A stretch of 64,000 nt of DNA from Diplonema japonicum (lineage: Eukaryota; Protista; Euglenozoa: Diplonemea), in NCBI GenBank assembly GCA_964019335.1, contig OZ025683.1, positions 310,001 to 374,000 of the forward strand. Reading direction: 5' to 3'. The translations under genes and the position numbers were made by a program. Shown here in pieces: positions 33,201 through 43,781 of this stretch (the first letter of the stretch is position 1; the number at the start of each line of letters is the position of its first letter). Under the pieces are notes generated by a model that made no database searches, was not told the origin of the DNA, and saw only the letters and a program-made list of their open reading frames with translations.

Positions 33201-34354
33201 GGGTCAAAACCCTATGCTTAGCGGTGTTCCTCGCCTCTCCAACACCCGAAACAACTCTGTATTATCCGTCAGCGGGGACACCCGGCCAGGGCATGCAACA
33301 CTGGATCACCCCAGGTGTGACCGGACTTCAAGGAATTCCTTTAAAAGGAGTCGCCGAGACCATCAACGTGTCCTCTGTGTCGCAGCACCCTGAAGCAAGG
33401 AAGGTTGTTGTACCGCCGCTGTCATCTTTCCTCGCTGAGGAAGACGGTAGTGGTCTGGTGTGGAAAGGGTGTTTGGGAAGCTCCAACATGTTTCTACGGG
33501 AGATGAAGGATGTCGTGCTGCAAGACAGCGCACATGCGGACACACGGTTGGTGAAGATACGCGCGAAACTGCTGCAGAAGAAACTGGAGCAGGAGGCGGA
33601 AAAGCTACGCATGGCAGCAGAGGCGGTCAAACACCAACTGCTGTACATCCAAAGAGACGAGGAACCCATAGCAAGGGACGCCATGTTCACAGAGTTTCTC
33701 TCTTCTTTGGACGATGAAATTGAATCGTTTAACTATTTAACACTGCTCTACTTTGAAGCCCAGTTGGAGTGGGTACATGAAGGGTACCTTGAGCACCATG
33801 CTGCCGTGCAGAAATCAGAAAACGCGGAACGGGAAATGCTTTTAACGTACTTCACACGCGGGCAGGCGGTCGTGGACAAAATCTCAACAGAGAGAAGGCA
33901 GGACTCTATGAGGGATTTCATATGGGGCTTGGAAGCACTGCTACGCGAGGATCTCTTTCAACGCAGAAAAGTCGAAGGGAAGCAGATGAAGGCATGGCGG
34001 AAACTATGCAGGTCTGTCGCTGCTGAAAAGCAAGGTGTTGCAGAGGCTGGGAAGCTCAGAACAGCTCAGCTGAAAAAACGGGAGAAAACGCTTCAAAAGC
34101 TTCAAGCCCTCAAGGACGACGAACTCTTGCGGATTGACCGTGCCCGTGACCGAACAACCCCTGTCTTTTCCACCCCGCCCTATCAGTCTCCGTCGCTGCC
34201 CGTTAGCGAACTTCGTTACTTCACCCCTGACTCAACCCCACCCCGCCTTCCCCGACACCCCTCCCCGCACGAACCGGATAGAACCCAAGAAACCCCGAAA
34301 CCTTTAGAGCTAGACAGTCCGTATACAAGAGGGATGGTTCTTCCAAGGAGGTAA
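30206..34354 (+). CDS. Unconventional myosin heavy chain
   Basis: GESGAGKT P-loop, NDNSSRFGKF, LLDIFGFE, IRCVKP; coiled-coil tail. Confidence 0.95.
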   Translation: MPPKKKRADEEELNRSLCQSGAPVFYWEASHAWSIGKVKEDTGKVFVVEGTEYSATKVDSLETSKVADDKIWPVREDVLEEDCHDLLDLTVLHDATIQRCLYLRYMKDIVYTNIGAIVVALNPWNFKIPWYMDDYMPRYLEEGETIKENKPHSWAQAHNTFWELRRDQTNQCILISGESGAGKTEAAKIVMKYLGALSCLSGTDTEKGAAKQVAFNINQASPILEGFGNAKTVRNDNSSRFGKFMKVQFTEQGFLVGAFTVKYLLEKSRIVTASTNERVYHAFYLLVQGADAAKYNLKPAETYHTNAGSCVNIPGVDDGDDFRICCESMTNCGFSDDQKDGVWKSVAGITHLLQVHFKSIDADSCEIDPATADLVNKCSEIWETDPSVLSEELTTTTMDMGARGGIIVKKLTTVKAADGRDALVKALYDQLFGWQTETINKLTDTGGGSNWIGLLDIFGFEDFEYNSFEQICINLANETLQNHYNAYIFTKDMDECRTEGIDVTEVRCPDNQPCLNLMTAKTGIFGLLDDECSLGQGSDGAFLQKVIDTNGKNEFFDRKKLAKDSFIVRHYAASVNYTVEGWLDKNRDTLKPAMKNLMRASKNSLIASLLPEHNENEKKETVGGFFRRQLISLMDLINSTNPHWIRCVKPHPAKKPLMVHGVTMINQLESSGVLGTVKIRKAGFPIRPTFQQFYSRFKIILPTSTHPSITAEHKVISGFCLKVCAEAGIEPLKAQSGKTKMFLKNEASQHLEAVRDKILKTHMLTIKRYGYYQISLSMVAYKKQMADFRKAAETLQESCREWLGKSIALREQREQEKKERERVLAGFNERKQKKLSSMSATLEWTVPEGVQPATDEQMDLISDRWAMLRTAEPVEPSSLPTMPFHPVLTGRSEVESFCSSLVDMWFAKEGDILDEWEQNFIGSSVPILAVLSEVCHQLSMVNPGEGMTNLFLRSALTMEGVDIDRILCHAGVPAAHDAGYSARNKPLHEVLVTGNIQKWVKTLCLAVFLASPTPETTLYYPSAGTPGQGMQHWITPGVTGLQGIPLKGVAETINVSSVSQHPEARKVVVPPLSSFLAEEDGSGLVWKGCLGSSNMFLREMKDVVLQDSAHADTRLVKIRAKLLQKKLEQEAEKLRMAAEAVKHQLLYIQRDEEPIARDAMFTEFLSSLDDEIESFNYLTLLYFEAQLEWVHEGYLEHHAAVQKSENAEREMLLTYFTRGQAVVDKISTERRQDSMRDFIWGLEALLREDLFQRRKVEGKQMKAWRKLCRSVAAEKQGVAEAGKLRTAQLKKREKTLQKLQALKDDELLRIDRARDRTTPVFSTPPYQSPSLPVSELRYFTPDSTPPRLPRHPSPHEPDRTQETPKPLELDSPYTRGMVLPRR

Positions 34355-34486
34355 ACATCACCCCATTTTTTTTTATCTTGTTGTTTTCTTTTTTATCCCC
34401 CCTCCCGCGGCCTCTTTTTTTTTTTTATTTTCCCCCAATACGATTCATTTAAATATTTATGTGTGGTCCCCCCCCCCCCCCCCCCC

Positions 34487-34625
34487 AGTGGAAGAACGTA
34501 TTGCAGATGCTCAAGGTGAGGAACTGCACGAGCGCAGAATCTTTGGTTACCCGGGGCTGCTGAATGCAGAAGCTACAGCTCGGCCAGTGCTTGTGCAGGG
34601 CGCCATCAACACTGGCCCCCTTTAT
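34487..34625 (+). repeat. 5'-truncated, internally deleted copy of the SINE-like repeat
   Basis: AGTGGAAGAACGTA-TGCAGATGCTCA...CACGAGCGCAGAATCTT...GAAGCTACA...CTTGTGCAGGGCGCC colinear with 55532-55735. Confidence 0.85.
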
Positions 34626-34737
34626 CTTTTATATTTTTGTGCCTCAAAAAGAAAAAAAAAAGGAAAAAAAAAAAAAAAAAAAAAAAAAAAAACAGGTTGG
34701 TATTGGTGGGGGAGACCAGAAAACCGGGAAAGCAGAA

Positions 34738-35850
34738 ATGTCCCGGGGAGGTAGGAAACCCATCGTCTTCGAGCATGAGAAGTTCACTGCCATGGCGGAC
34801 GGGGAGATCCCGGCTGAAGTGAGGAAGATGGTGAAGATGAAGGTCAACCCCATGATGTACCAGATCGTCACAAAGCACACGTCAAGACAAGCGGATCAGC
34901 GAAGAGTGATATACGTGAATCTCACATGCAACCCGCTGTCGGTATGCTTGGCCACGATGAACGGGGAGATAAAACGTCTATTCAGCATTCTGGCGATCAG
35001 CGAGGTGCTGCTCACAACCTCGGACACAAATGGACACCAATGGATGATCACGTGCCAACAAAAAGCAAAAGAACCATCGTTGCTCTGGTCAGAGATCCCG
35101 GACCCGTTGAATCCGCGCGACAGCTACGGAACTATGAAGTTCATAAGAGTCTTGAACTATCTGTACAAAGCGCAGACCGGGAAGGATCTCAACGTTATTG
35201 ACTGCACTGAGGAGAAGGCATATTTGAAGAGCGACCAACGGCTTAAAAAAGTACAGGGGTACATGCGTCCCCTTGAGAAGCTTGAACGCGGTGAATGGAG
35301 GACAAACGCTGGAATTGCGCCTACATTTTACCAGCCGCCGCCTCCCGAACCAGAGACAAAACCGGATCAAGACCAACTGATCGAAGATCCCATTGTAATC
35401 ATTGAGGACAAGGAGCCGGAGAATGAGGAACCGCCTCCGCCTCCGCCGCCGCCGCAAGAGCCCATCTATGTTGTTCCAGAAATTCCGACTGATCTCCTCA
35501 TGGTGCCTCAACGTGCTCCTCTAATCGAGGCCTCTCCCAGACGGGGCTTGTGGTGCACACCGGAGCGGCTTCCCGCTATTACCAAACCTACCCCACGCGA
35601 GCCCACTCCCCCTCCTATAAAACGCCGCCACGTTATGGGTCACAGAGGGCCTCCCCCACCCATGGTGTACCCCTCCAGGGTTCCCACTTCTTCTCGCAGT
35701 GTGCAAACCATGTTCAGATCAACAGAGGGCGTGAGGTACCCTACCGAAGAAGAGCTCCCGTCGTGGGAGGCTTCACCTCCGCGGGCGGCGGAGTACTACA
35801 CTGAAATCCCCGTTAGAAAACCACACCCTCATGTTAGGATGTCTTGCTGA
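34738..35850 (+). CDS. Hypothetical protein, N-terminal PH/TH1-like fold, Pro-rich tail
   Basis: KHTSRQADQRRVIYV...GEIKRLFSI pattern; poly-Pro. Confidence 0.65.
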   Translation: MSRGGRKPIVFEHEKFTAMADGEIPAEVRKMVKMKVNPMMYQIVTKHTSRQADQRRVIYVNLTCNPLSVCLATMNGEIKRLFSILAISEVLLTTSDTNGHQWMITCQQKAKEPSLLWSEIPDPLNPRDSYGTMKFIRVLNYLYKAQTGKDLNVIDCTEEKAYLKSDQRLKKVQGYMRPLEKLERGEWRTNAGIAPTFYQPPPPEPETKPDQDQLIEDPIVIIEDKEPENEEPPPPPPPPQEPIYVVPEIPTDLLMVPQRAPLIEASPRRGLWCTPERLPAITKPTPREPTPPPIKRRHVMGHRGPPPPMVYPSRVPTSSRSVQTMFRSTEGVRYPTEEELPSWEASPPRAAEYYTEIPVRKPHPHVRMSC

Positions 35851-35981
35851 TAACTGTAATATGTAATGTTTACCTTATTAAAACCCCCCTTTTTTTTGTT
35901 CTCCTTTTTCCGTACAACAAATATAGGATGGGGTAGTTTTTCCTGAGAGCTGCAAGAAAGGGGGAAAAAAAAACAAGAGTT

Positions 35982-37886
35982 ATGTTGGGCTTCGGCCCGC
36001 CTCCGAGACAGATGTCGTCCATGTTCGACCTTGATGTGGACTGCAGCATTGGTGAGGATTTGCGGGAGAACATTGCGGAATTCAACTGCACGTTCTGCTC
36101 GAAGCATGCTTTGAGGAACATGTTGTGTGCGCAGAGCCCGTTCGGGGGAGACGTTGAAGCGATCGTCGACTGCATACGAATCTCCGCCGTGGCTGTCGTC
36201 CGATCGCGGCCGTACGTGCTACGAGCTGTGCGGCGACACTTGTCCGCTGCGAAGACCGTCAAAGCATTCTTCATGAGAGTTAAACGGAACCGGGAGGAAG
36301 TCTTCAGAATCATCCTCGAGAAATGGATAGCACACGAGATCCTCACCAAGGAGAGGAACCGACAGAAGGTCGCCGTAGCTCATCGTACCGCAGACACAGC
36401 ACGGGCAAGGCACGCTGTGGTAGCTTACCAAAAGTGCTTCATCCCAATCGATATTAAAAAGAAGTCTATTGCGCTGGCGTATCTCCGCACGAGGAAGCAG
36501 TTCGTCACACGGTTGCGTGAATGGACTGCGAAACACGAACAGCTCCAACTGCAGCTTTCCGCTGCAAAGCGTTCCCTCGCGAGGTACGCGGTTCTTGAAC
36601 TCGACCCTAAAAGTGAACTCCTCACACTCTCCGAACAACAGGAGACCGTGGCAGAGCTGGAAGAAGAGCTGTTGGCGCTGACCGTGTTGAAACCCACGTT
36701 CACGTCGGATTCTATAAAGCTGTCGGAGCTTGTCATACTCGCAGATGAAACAATGGTTGATAGAGAGGAAAAGGCACGTCTCGCAGCAGCGAAAGAGGGC
36801 GATGAGCACGGTCTGAAATCAATGATGAAGAAGAGAGGCCACGCGTTCGTGCGACAGCGCAAAAAACCGGATTTGAACAAACGAAGCGTGTCAGCACACA
36901 ACCGCTCCTTCCTGAAACCGAAGACGGTGCTGATCCCAAAACAGCCGACACAGCTGCAGCAACAACAACAACAACAACAAGCAAGATCATACACACAGGA
37001 GTATGTTACACTGGAAATCACGAACCCGGAAGATTGGGTGAAATGCAGAGGGTACACTGTCATTGCATACGGTGACGGTGCGGAGAGGAAAGGAGCAGCG
37101 AGAGGGCTGCGAGTGGTTAACGTAGGTGGCTTTGAAACGGGCGATGACGACGACACCACACGGGAGCTCACATCAGGGACGGTAACCTTCGTGAGGAATG
37201 TACTTCGCAGGGAGGTTAAGCCTGATGCTGAATCGAACTCCTGGCTTCAAACCGAATTCGGCGACAGAATATCGACATCCTCGTCGGAGCCATCCCCGGT
37301 CGCGTTCCGCTCCTTCAACAGAAAACCGAATTTTCTCGATGAACCGTCATATCGGCCTGCAAACCCACGACACTGGGTTATTTTGAACAAATCAGACATA
37401 ACTTGTGTTTTGGTGTGTGTTGCTGGATGTGTTGATTTTCCAAAAGCAGACGATCCTCCACCAACCCCGATGCGTAGGAGGGCATCTACCCGTCATGCTC
37501 CGACAACGTTCGAACCTCAGCTCTCACCTATACGTGTGAGGTTGGGGCATGGTGTGTCTCTCCAAGACCCTAGTGCTACCTTGCCCTTGAATCTCTCTTC
37601 GCCTTTGTCCAGTCTAAAAGGCATGCGGTATCGGTCCCTTCCCACCCGGCAGCCTAAATGGACCCCTCCGAGGCTTCTCGAACGTCCCCTGAGAAAACTT
37701 GGAGCTTTATTCACGCCTGAGGACGCTTGGATGCTCCTCCGACAGGCGAAGGAAGAGGAGCCTGTTTGTTCCCAGCCCCCGAAGAGCGCCTTTATCCCGC
37801 TGCTCCGCCCGCCCGCCTTCCCCGATCGCAAACTGCAGAAAATCGTCGACGTGTACTACGGCGATGCTGACGAACGCTCAGTCTGA
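35982..37886 (+). CDS. Hypothetical coiled-coil protein (634 aa)
   Basis: Long ORF with a coiled-coil centre and a poly-Q run. Confidence 0.75.
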   Translation: MLGFGPPPRQMSSMFDLDVDCSIGEDLRENIAEFNCTFCSKHALRNMLCAQSPFGGDVEAIVDCIRISAVAVVRSRPYVLRAVRRHLSAAKTVKAFFMRVKRNREEVFRIILEKWIAHEILTKERNRQKVAVAHRTADTARARHAVVAYQKCFIPIDIKKKSIALAYLRTRKQFVTRLREWTAKHEQLQLQLSAAKRSLARYAVLELDPKSELLTLSEQQETVAELEEELLALTVLKPTFTSDSIKLSELVILADETMVDREEKARLAAAKEGDEHGLKSMMKKRGHAFVRQRKKPDLNKRSVSAHNRSFLKPKTVLIPKQPTQLQQQQQQQQARSYTQEYVTLEITNPEDWVKCRGYTVIAYGDGAERKGAARGLRVVNVGGFETGDDDDTTRELTSGTVTFVRNVLRREVKPDAESNSWLQTEFGDRISTSSSEPSPVAFRSFNRKPNFLDEPSYRPANPRHWVILNKSDITCVLVCVAGCVDFPKADDPPPTPMRRRASTRHAPTTFEPQLSPIRVRLGHGVSLQDPSATLPLNLSSPLSSLKGMRYRSLPTRQPKWTPPRLLERPLRKLGALFTPEDAWMLLRQAKEEEPVCSQPPKSAFIPLLRPPAFPDRKLQKIVDVYYGDADERSV

Positions 37887-37949
37887 GCTTTTTTTTTTCT
37901 CTTTTCTTTCTTGTTGCCATTCCAATTTCCCCTCCCCCTTTGTTACCAT

Positions 37950-37980
<31 letters not shown>

Positions 37981-38382
37981 GCCAACCAGTTTGCTACTTT
38001 CCATATAATTTATACCTCTTTTTATTTTATTTAACCCTTATGCTACCGGGGGGGGGGGGTAAATGATTTTTTTGGATTTCCCCGATTTTACCTAGCATGG
38101 GCGAACAGGCAAAGGTGCCAAAGTCCTGAACTTATTTTTTTTTTTGATTTGAAGATATTTGAAATCTGTATTAAGCACTTTGGTGTTATGATAGTGTTAT
38201 TAAGTCTCCTTGACTCAAGGTTCGCTTCTAACCTTTTTTTTTGGGTCTACCGGCTGGCTGGATAATCCTCTTTACTCTTATTGTTAGTGATTTCACTTGT
38301 GGTGGCAGTTTTGACTCGTTAAACGTTAAAACCACTGCCACCACACGTGGAATCACAGTCTTATTTATTCACTAAATATATA

Positions 38383-38481
38383 CTGTAAAACAAAAACAAA
38401 AACAAAAACAAAATGCCGGACGGACAAACGTCCGGGAGTTTGTCCGTCCGGCATTTTTTGTTTTTGTTTTTGTTTTTACGG
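38383..38481. mobile_element. TA-flanked palindromic MITE nested in the piggyBac
   Basis: TA|CTGTAAAACAAAAAC...ATGCCGGACGGACAAAC-loop-GTTTGTCCGTCCGGCAT...GTTTTTACGG|TA; near-perfect hairpin. Confidence 0.7.
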
Positions 38482-38554
38482 TAGTTAGTAAAAACTCCTT
38501 TCCATTCACAAGCCTGACAAGTGGGCAAAAGCAGCAGTGTCAGGAAAATATTTA

Positions 38555-39205
38555 AGCATTGACGAGACACTCGTACCTTCACGGGGCAATTGGGGGGCTG
38601 CGGGTCTACTGTCCTTTCAAGCGTAAAAGATATGGCATAAAAATCTACTGCCTAAACTGCGCGAGCACGGGTTATCTTTTTGCGTTGCCACCAAAATCGA
38701 GGGGCACGCACTTGAAGATTTCAGTGTTGTGGAAAAAGCGGGGCTGGGGTTAACAGAGCCTTTCCGGGGAAATGACAACACGGTAGTTTGCGATCGCTAC
38801 TTTTCGACTGTGGGTCTGGCCGAAGCCCTGCTGTGAGGGGCTTGCATTTCGTTGGGGTTGCGGACTCTTCTGGTGGGCCCTAGAAGTGACAATAGTTAAC
38901 TGCCTTGCACTTCAAATAAAATATGGTTCAGGGATGCCAAAGAGATACACAACCCTGGCTGCTTTAAAGAGCGCTTTCGAGAGAGCCTAATTGATGGGTC
39001 CAACGTTGCAAAAACACCACTCCCGGCACCCAACTAGTGGTGCACACACCCGATACCCCAGATTACACCAAACGTGACCGCTAGCCACTCAAAGGGGGCA
39101 CCTCCAGGGTCTGCAGGTTGAAAGAATGCACAAAACGCACAATCTACAAATGCTACACCTGAAACCAACACCTCTGTCCAAATAAGCGTACCACTCTTCC
39201 ATCAC
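38555..39205 (+). pseudogene. piggyBac (DDE_Tnp_1_7-type) transposase pseudogene
   Basis: Fragments in shifting frames: SIDETLVP; LRVYCPFKRKRYGIKIYCLNCASTGY; VVCDRYFSTVGLAEAL; LFWWALEVTIVN; VCRLKECTKRTIYKCYT*NQHLC (Cys-rich C-terminal domain). Confidence 0.88.
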
Positions 39206-39603
39206 CCCAAAGGCCTCTTGACGATTTCGAGGCCGATATTCCACCCGCAAATAGGCACTTCTCTCGGTCTGAGACATCTGAGGGGTCCTGATGCTGCCTT
39301 TTTTGTCCCAGGATGCTCAATTTACACCCCCCCGTGCACAACCCATTTTGACATGGTCGTTTTTGAGCACCCTACGGCCATTCAACTCTTCATCCCCTTT
39401 GTATTTTTATTAATTTTTGAACTTTTTTTTTTAATTTTCCTGGTCCAAAAAACCCGTTTTACCTGCAAACGGGGGTTGAATGCTGCCATTTTTCCCCTCA
39501 GATTATGAAAAGGAGCAAAAAAGGGACCCCTATGTAGATAGGCCCCGGAGTGTTATGGGTTAAAAAAAAAAAAAAATACGCCAGGACAGGAGGTTGGGGT
39601 GCG

Positions 39604-41181
39604 ATGTGGGGCCCGACACGGCTGGCCTTGGCCCTCGTAGGGTTGGTGGCGCTTGCAGAAGGTAAGAACGTGAAGGGGAGCTTCCATTTAGATGCGGGCG
39701 ACGAGACCCACGGCCCGGAGTTCGAGATTGCAAAGTTCAGCTTCGCGGTGGGCGCGAGCAAGATAAAAGGCAAGGTGAAATATCCGGCAGCTGACATGAA
39801 CTGGCGAACATCACCCGCCCTATATCTCTTCAACGACGAAAAATGGGACGACTACCACAAAGCACCCGCATGCATGGACAAGGTTCAGGCAGCACACACT
39901 GTTGTTCAAATTGGAACCTCAACAGACGACTCTGCCGCAGGAGGCAGGCGGGCGAACATCAACTACGGGTACGACCATCTGTCAAAGAACACCAAAACAT
40001 CAGTGAAACAAGTCGGGCACTGGGTGGAGTGGAGCTTCGAATGGACAGTTGAGCACACTGAACGTACCAAGGGCTGGTTCCTCATCGCAGCAGACTGCGC
40101 ATTGGAACAATTCAACACAAAGGTCGCGTCCATGAACTACGACATCACCCTTTTAAACCCCAACGACAACCAACTCCCAGCCGATGAGTTCTGGATGCCC
40201 ACAATGTACATCATTGTACTCATTGCCATGATGGTTCACCTTGGCTTCTGCCTCAATATGTTGTCGAACACAATGGAAAGCTCGGGACGTGTTCATCTTG
40301 TTGTCAAGCTTTTCGGATGCGCGTATCTCGCACAGGTGTCCGCCATCGTGCTGGAACTGCTTCACCTCCTTGTGTACACTCTCAACGGTCGTGGGGTGTT
40401 CATTTTGGACTTCACCTCGGAGCTCCTTGAAGGTTGCTGTGCGCTTGTTATCTCATTCGTTCTGATTTGTTTGGCGTGCGGGTGGACGCTTGTCGAGGAG
40501 GAGGCCGACTCGAAGAAGGCAATGTCGGTCGCGACAATCTTTGCAAACCCGAGGAACATGGCAAAATCAGGGAACTGGCTTGGAAACATTTTCGTCTTGT
40601 TGATCCTCGTCTTGGTCTTCTACACCATGATGTTGATCTTCTGGAACAAGCTCTCGGACGACGATTTCAAGAAATTTCACGACAATGACACAGCGTCAGG
40701 GTCGAAGCTGATCCAGATCAGATTGGGGTTGTTCGTTTTCTTCGCCGTGTCGCTGCTTGCGACGATTCGAAAACAGGTATTTAGAGGGTGGGGCAGGGGA
40801 GGGAAAAAAAAAAATATTTTTATTATAATTCCAGACGCTCAAAGCGGGATCTCCTATTCTCCGTTCCTTCCTCCTGAAGCTGCTTGTTTTCGGGTCGCTG
40901 TGGTTCGTTACATTTCCCCTTATGGTGTTCATCGCCAACCTGTCTGCACATTACCACCGCCACCGAATCGTGGTGACAGGTGTACTGGTGATGCAGTCGC
41001 TCTGCCTTGGTGCGCTTAGTCATCAGTTCCTTGCAGGATCCAGTACCTATGCCAGGCTTTCCACGGTATGTAAAGGGTGAGGTGAAGGGTGAGGGGAAAA
41101 AAAAAATGAACACAGGCATGGGAAAGTGGTATGCTCCCTGGAGCAGGTGGTCTCTTTACCGGAACTAAGTCTAGAGAGTGA
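39604..41181 (+). CDS. GPR180/TMEM145-like 7TM protein; introns 40777-40834 and 41066-41115
   Basis: Signal peptide; GWFLIAADC...YDITLLNP...QLPADE; LHLLVYTLNGRG; LACGWTL. Splicing restores TM6-7. Confidence 0.85.
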
Positions 41182-41992
41182 TGGATGATGTGTCTTTGTC
41201 AGGGGAAAAAAAAAGGAAAAAAAAAAAAAAAAATCGGAGGGGGGAAAAAAAAAGGGAAACAAAAAAAAAAAAAAAAAAAAAAAGGGAAGGGGACAGAAAA
41301 AGAAAGAGTGTTTTATTATTATTTTTTTTTTTTGAGAGTTTTTTTAAATTTTTGAAAAAAAAATCAGGAGCAGGTGGAGGGTCCTCCCTTCTCTCACTTG
41401 AAGATTTTTTTTTTTTTTTTTGCCCTCCGAATTCGATGTGAAGAACAGAAAAAAAAAGGAGGGGAAAGGAATAAAAAAAGAGTGTTCTCGAAGCAGTAAC
41501 AACGGAACTGGTTTTCTTTACTTTTAGTGTTTTTTTCTTCTTCTCTTTTTCTCTCCCCCCCCCCACCCCGTTCCCCTTTTTCTTCTTCCAATTGGGAAAC
41601 AAGAGGACCAATTTCAAAAGTCTCGGAAAACTCTTCCATTAAAAAAAAAAACCCCCGTCGGAAACAACTCGAAGAAAAAAAAGAAATTAAAACAGACGAC
41701 ACACACGTTATCGTAAGTAGGATTCTAAGGCAAAGGAAAGCACAACCCCCCCCCCCCCCCCCCTCCTTATTATGTCTTCCAATCCACATGTTCCTCACCT
41801 CAAAATTGTTGTAAAGGAGTTGAAAGAACGATGAAAAAAAAAAAAAAAAAAAAAAGAACCTGTTATACCTTTATTTAACCGCTAGGGGTAATAGAAGAAG
41901 AAAAAAAAAAAAAAAAAAAACAGGGAGAAAAAAAAAAAACAGGGAGAAAAAAAAAAAAAGAAAAGAAAAAACTTGGCAAACCCGCAGCCACA

Positions 41993-43261
41993 ATGAGCAG
42001 CAACAGCACCGAGAGCAGCGTCTCGAGTGTGGGCGGAAGAATTCCGAAGGGTGCTTTTACATCAAAGTACGAAGAGAGCTCAGCGACGCCGCCTGTGGAC
42101 GAGACGGAACTGAAGGAAAAATGGGAGAACATCGTAGAGGTGTACCGGGAACTAGAGGTACTGGAGGCAGAGTTCATAGCCCTAGTAGGTGAACACTACA
42201 CTGTGGTGGACGAAGAGACTGCTGGACTGGGCGTTGTGGAAGCTGCGGAAGGCTTCCAAGACAAGTTCAAAAGGTACGCGGAAGGACCCGACAGCTATGA
42301 GGCTGCTCTGAACGACATCAAGGCACAGCTCTGCCCCGGCTCGGCAAGGACTGCACCACTGGTCCAGAAGTTCGAGGAAACACAAACAGACATGACATCA
42401 AAGCAGCGTTTCCCCCACGGGTGCGCGAGGTACCTCTCAACAGTTCATTTAGCAGACGTCCTGGAGATCACTAGAATACTGGACACGACAGAAGCCTTCC
42501 TCTCAGAGGTCACCGCGCAGCCATGCCTCCCTGTGCCGCATCTTGAAAAAGAATCTGTTCCCTGTGAAGAATTCATTCAGGAGTGCTCAATGAGGCGTGC
42601 TGTTTCTTCAGGTGTTGTGGAAATGTTGGATTCTTACGCAACAGGACTGCTGTCCGTCGTTGAAAGAGGGAAAACGTTCAGTGCAATGCTGCAAGGCACG
42701 CTAGACAAACTGGAAGCGAAGAAGGATGAACGAAAAAAAATACGGAACAAGGTCGTCCAGAAGTTCGAGGGTTTCTTGAATTTACAAAAAACGAAGACGG
42801 AGCTGGTGGGCGAGAAGGAGGAGCTTCTCAAAGCGCAGATCAGCGATCTACAGAAAATGATGTCAGCGCGACGAGATGGGATGCTGCAGGACCTCCGTGA
42901 CATCGTGTGTGTGGAGTCGGGATGGAACAAACTTCGGGAGGAGCGTTTCCGTCTCTACTCAACCACCACCGCCATGCAGTCTGTCTACACCAACGCCCTT
43001 CATGAGTTCGACACTACTCTTCAAACCTTGCTGTCGATTGATCACTGGGTGGGCTGTCTTAAGGCGACGCTCTCGTCGCTTTGTTCCAACGATGCGCCCA
43101 AGCTTTCTGCCATGGTCGCTGGTGCGACGTGCAAGGCGAAGGAGTACGCTGTCGAGTTTGCGCAGCGAGAGGTGGAGTTGATATCCCCGTATGCGCACAT
43201 CGATTATGTCAAATCGGAGTTGGAAGCCATCCCTGAGTGGGCAGCTTCCGTGGGTGGTTGA
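41993..43261 (+). CDS. Hypothetical coiled-coil protein
   Basis: 422-aa ORF, helical E/K/L-rich. Confidence 0.75.
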   Translation: MSSNSTESSVSSVGGRIPKGAFTSKYEESSATPPVDETELKEKWENIVEVYRELEVLEAEFIALVGEHYTVVDEETAGLGVVEAAEGFQDKFKRYAEGPDSYEAALNDIKAQLCPGSARTAPLVQKFEETQTDMTSKQRFPHGCARYLSTVHLADVLEITRILDTTEAFLSEVTAQPCLPVPHLEKESVPCEEFIQECSMRRAVSSGVVEMLDSYATGLLSVVERGKTFSAMLQGTLDKLEAKKDERKKIRNKVVQKFEGFLNLQKTKTELVGEKEELLKAQISDLQKMMSARRDGMLQDLRDIVCVESGWNKLREERFRLYSTTTAMQSVYTNALHEFDTTLQTLLSIDHWVGCLKATLSSLCSNDAPKLSAMVAGATCKAKEYAVEFAQREVELISPYAHIDYVKSELEAIPEWAASVGG

Positions 43262-43380
43262 AAAAAAAAAAAAAAAAAAAAATAGTACTTTTTTTGTGTC
43301 TATATTTACACGGAGTTTTTTTTTTTTTTTCTTTTTTTTCCCCATCGAGAAAAAAAATTTTTTTTTTGAAAAAGATAATA

Positions 43381-43412
<32 letters not shown>

Positions 43413-43416
<4 letters not shown>

Positions 43417-43781
43417 GTCAGACATGTTGCACCGCTGCACCGAAGGCTGGCGCTGGTAAGGCGAAACAGGTGGGTCAGGAGGTTAAGAAGGCTGACAGCG
43501 TGATCGGGATGGACGCGGGAGTCGTTGTCATGGAGCGTAAAGGGTCGCTCATGCCTGGTATGAGGGTGCACGATAGCAGAAGAAATGCTGACGGGACCCT
43601 TGTGGAGCAGGCAGATAAGAAATGGGTAATGGTGACAGACACTGGGGCCAAGGTAGAAATCGAGCCAGCCTTCATTGAGGCTTCCCTGCCGGATGACGAT
43701 CTTGTGGCTGACCTGCACAGCATCCCCGATTTTGAAGCTTCTGTCCACTCTGCTACCTTTGAAAGTGCAAACTCCTCGTAG
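43413..43781 (+). CDS. Small dually acylated (MGQTCC) protein with a small beta-barrel-like core
   Basis: ATG after a poly(A) run; Gly2 plus Cys5/Cys6 acylation motif; PGMRVHD...GTLVE...WVMVTDTG. Confidence 0.75.

Larger units (their letters stand above)
38035..39559 (+). mobile_element. Decayed piggyBac DNA transposon with TTAA target-site duplication
   Basis: TTAA|CCCTTATGCTACCGGGG ... CCCCGGAGTGTTATGGG|TTAA; internal transposase remnants. Confidence 0.88.

Noticed and set aside
39151-39165. In-frame TGA at a conserved Cys in the piggyBac Cys-rich domain (possible Sec or recoding)
   Set aside because: The element has many other stops and frameshifts, and host genes use TGA as stop; simple decay.
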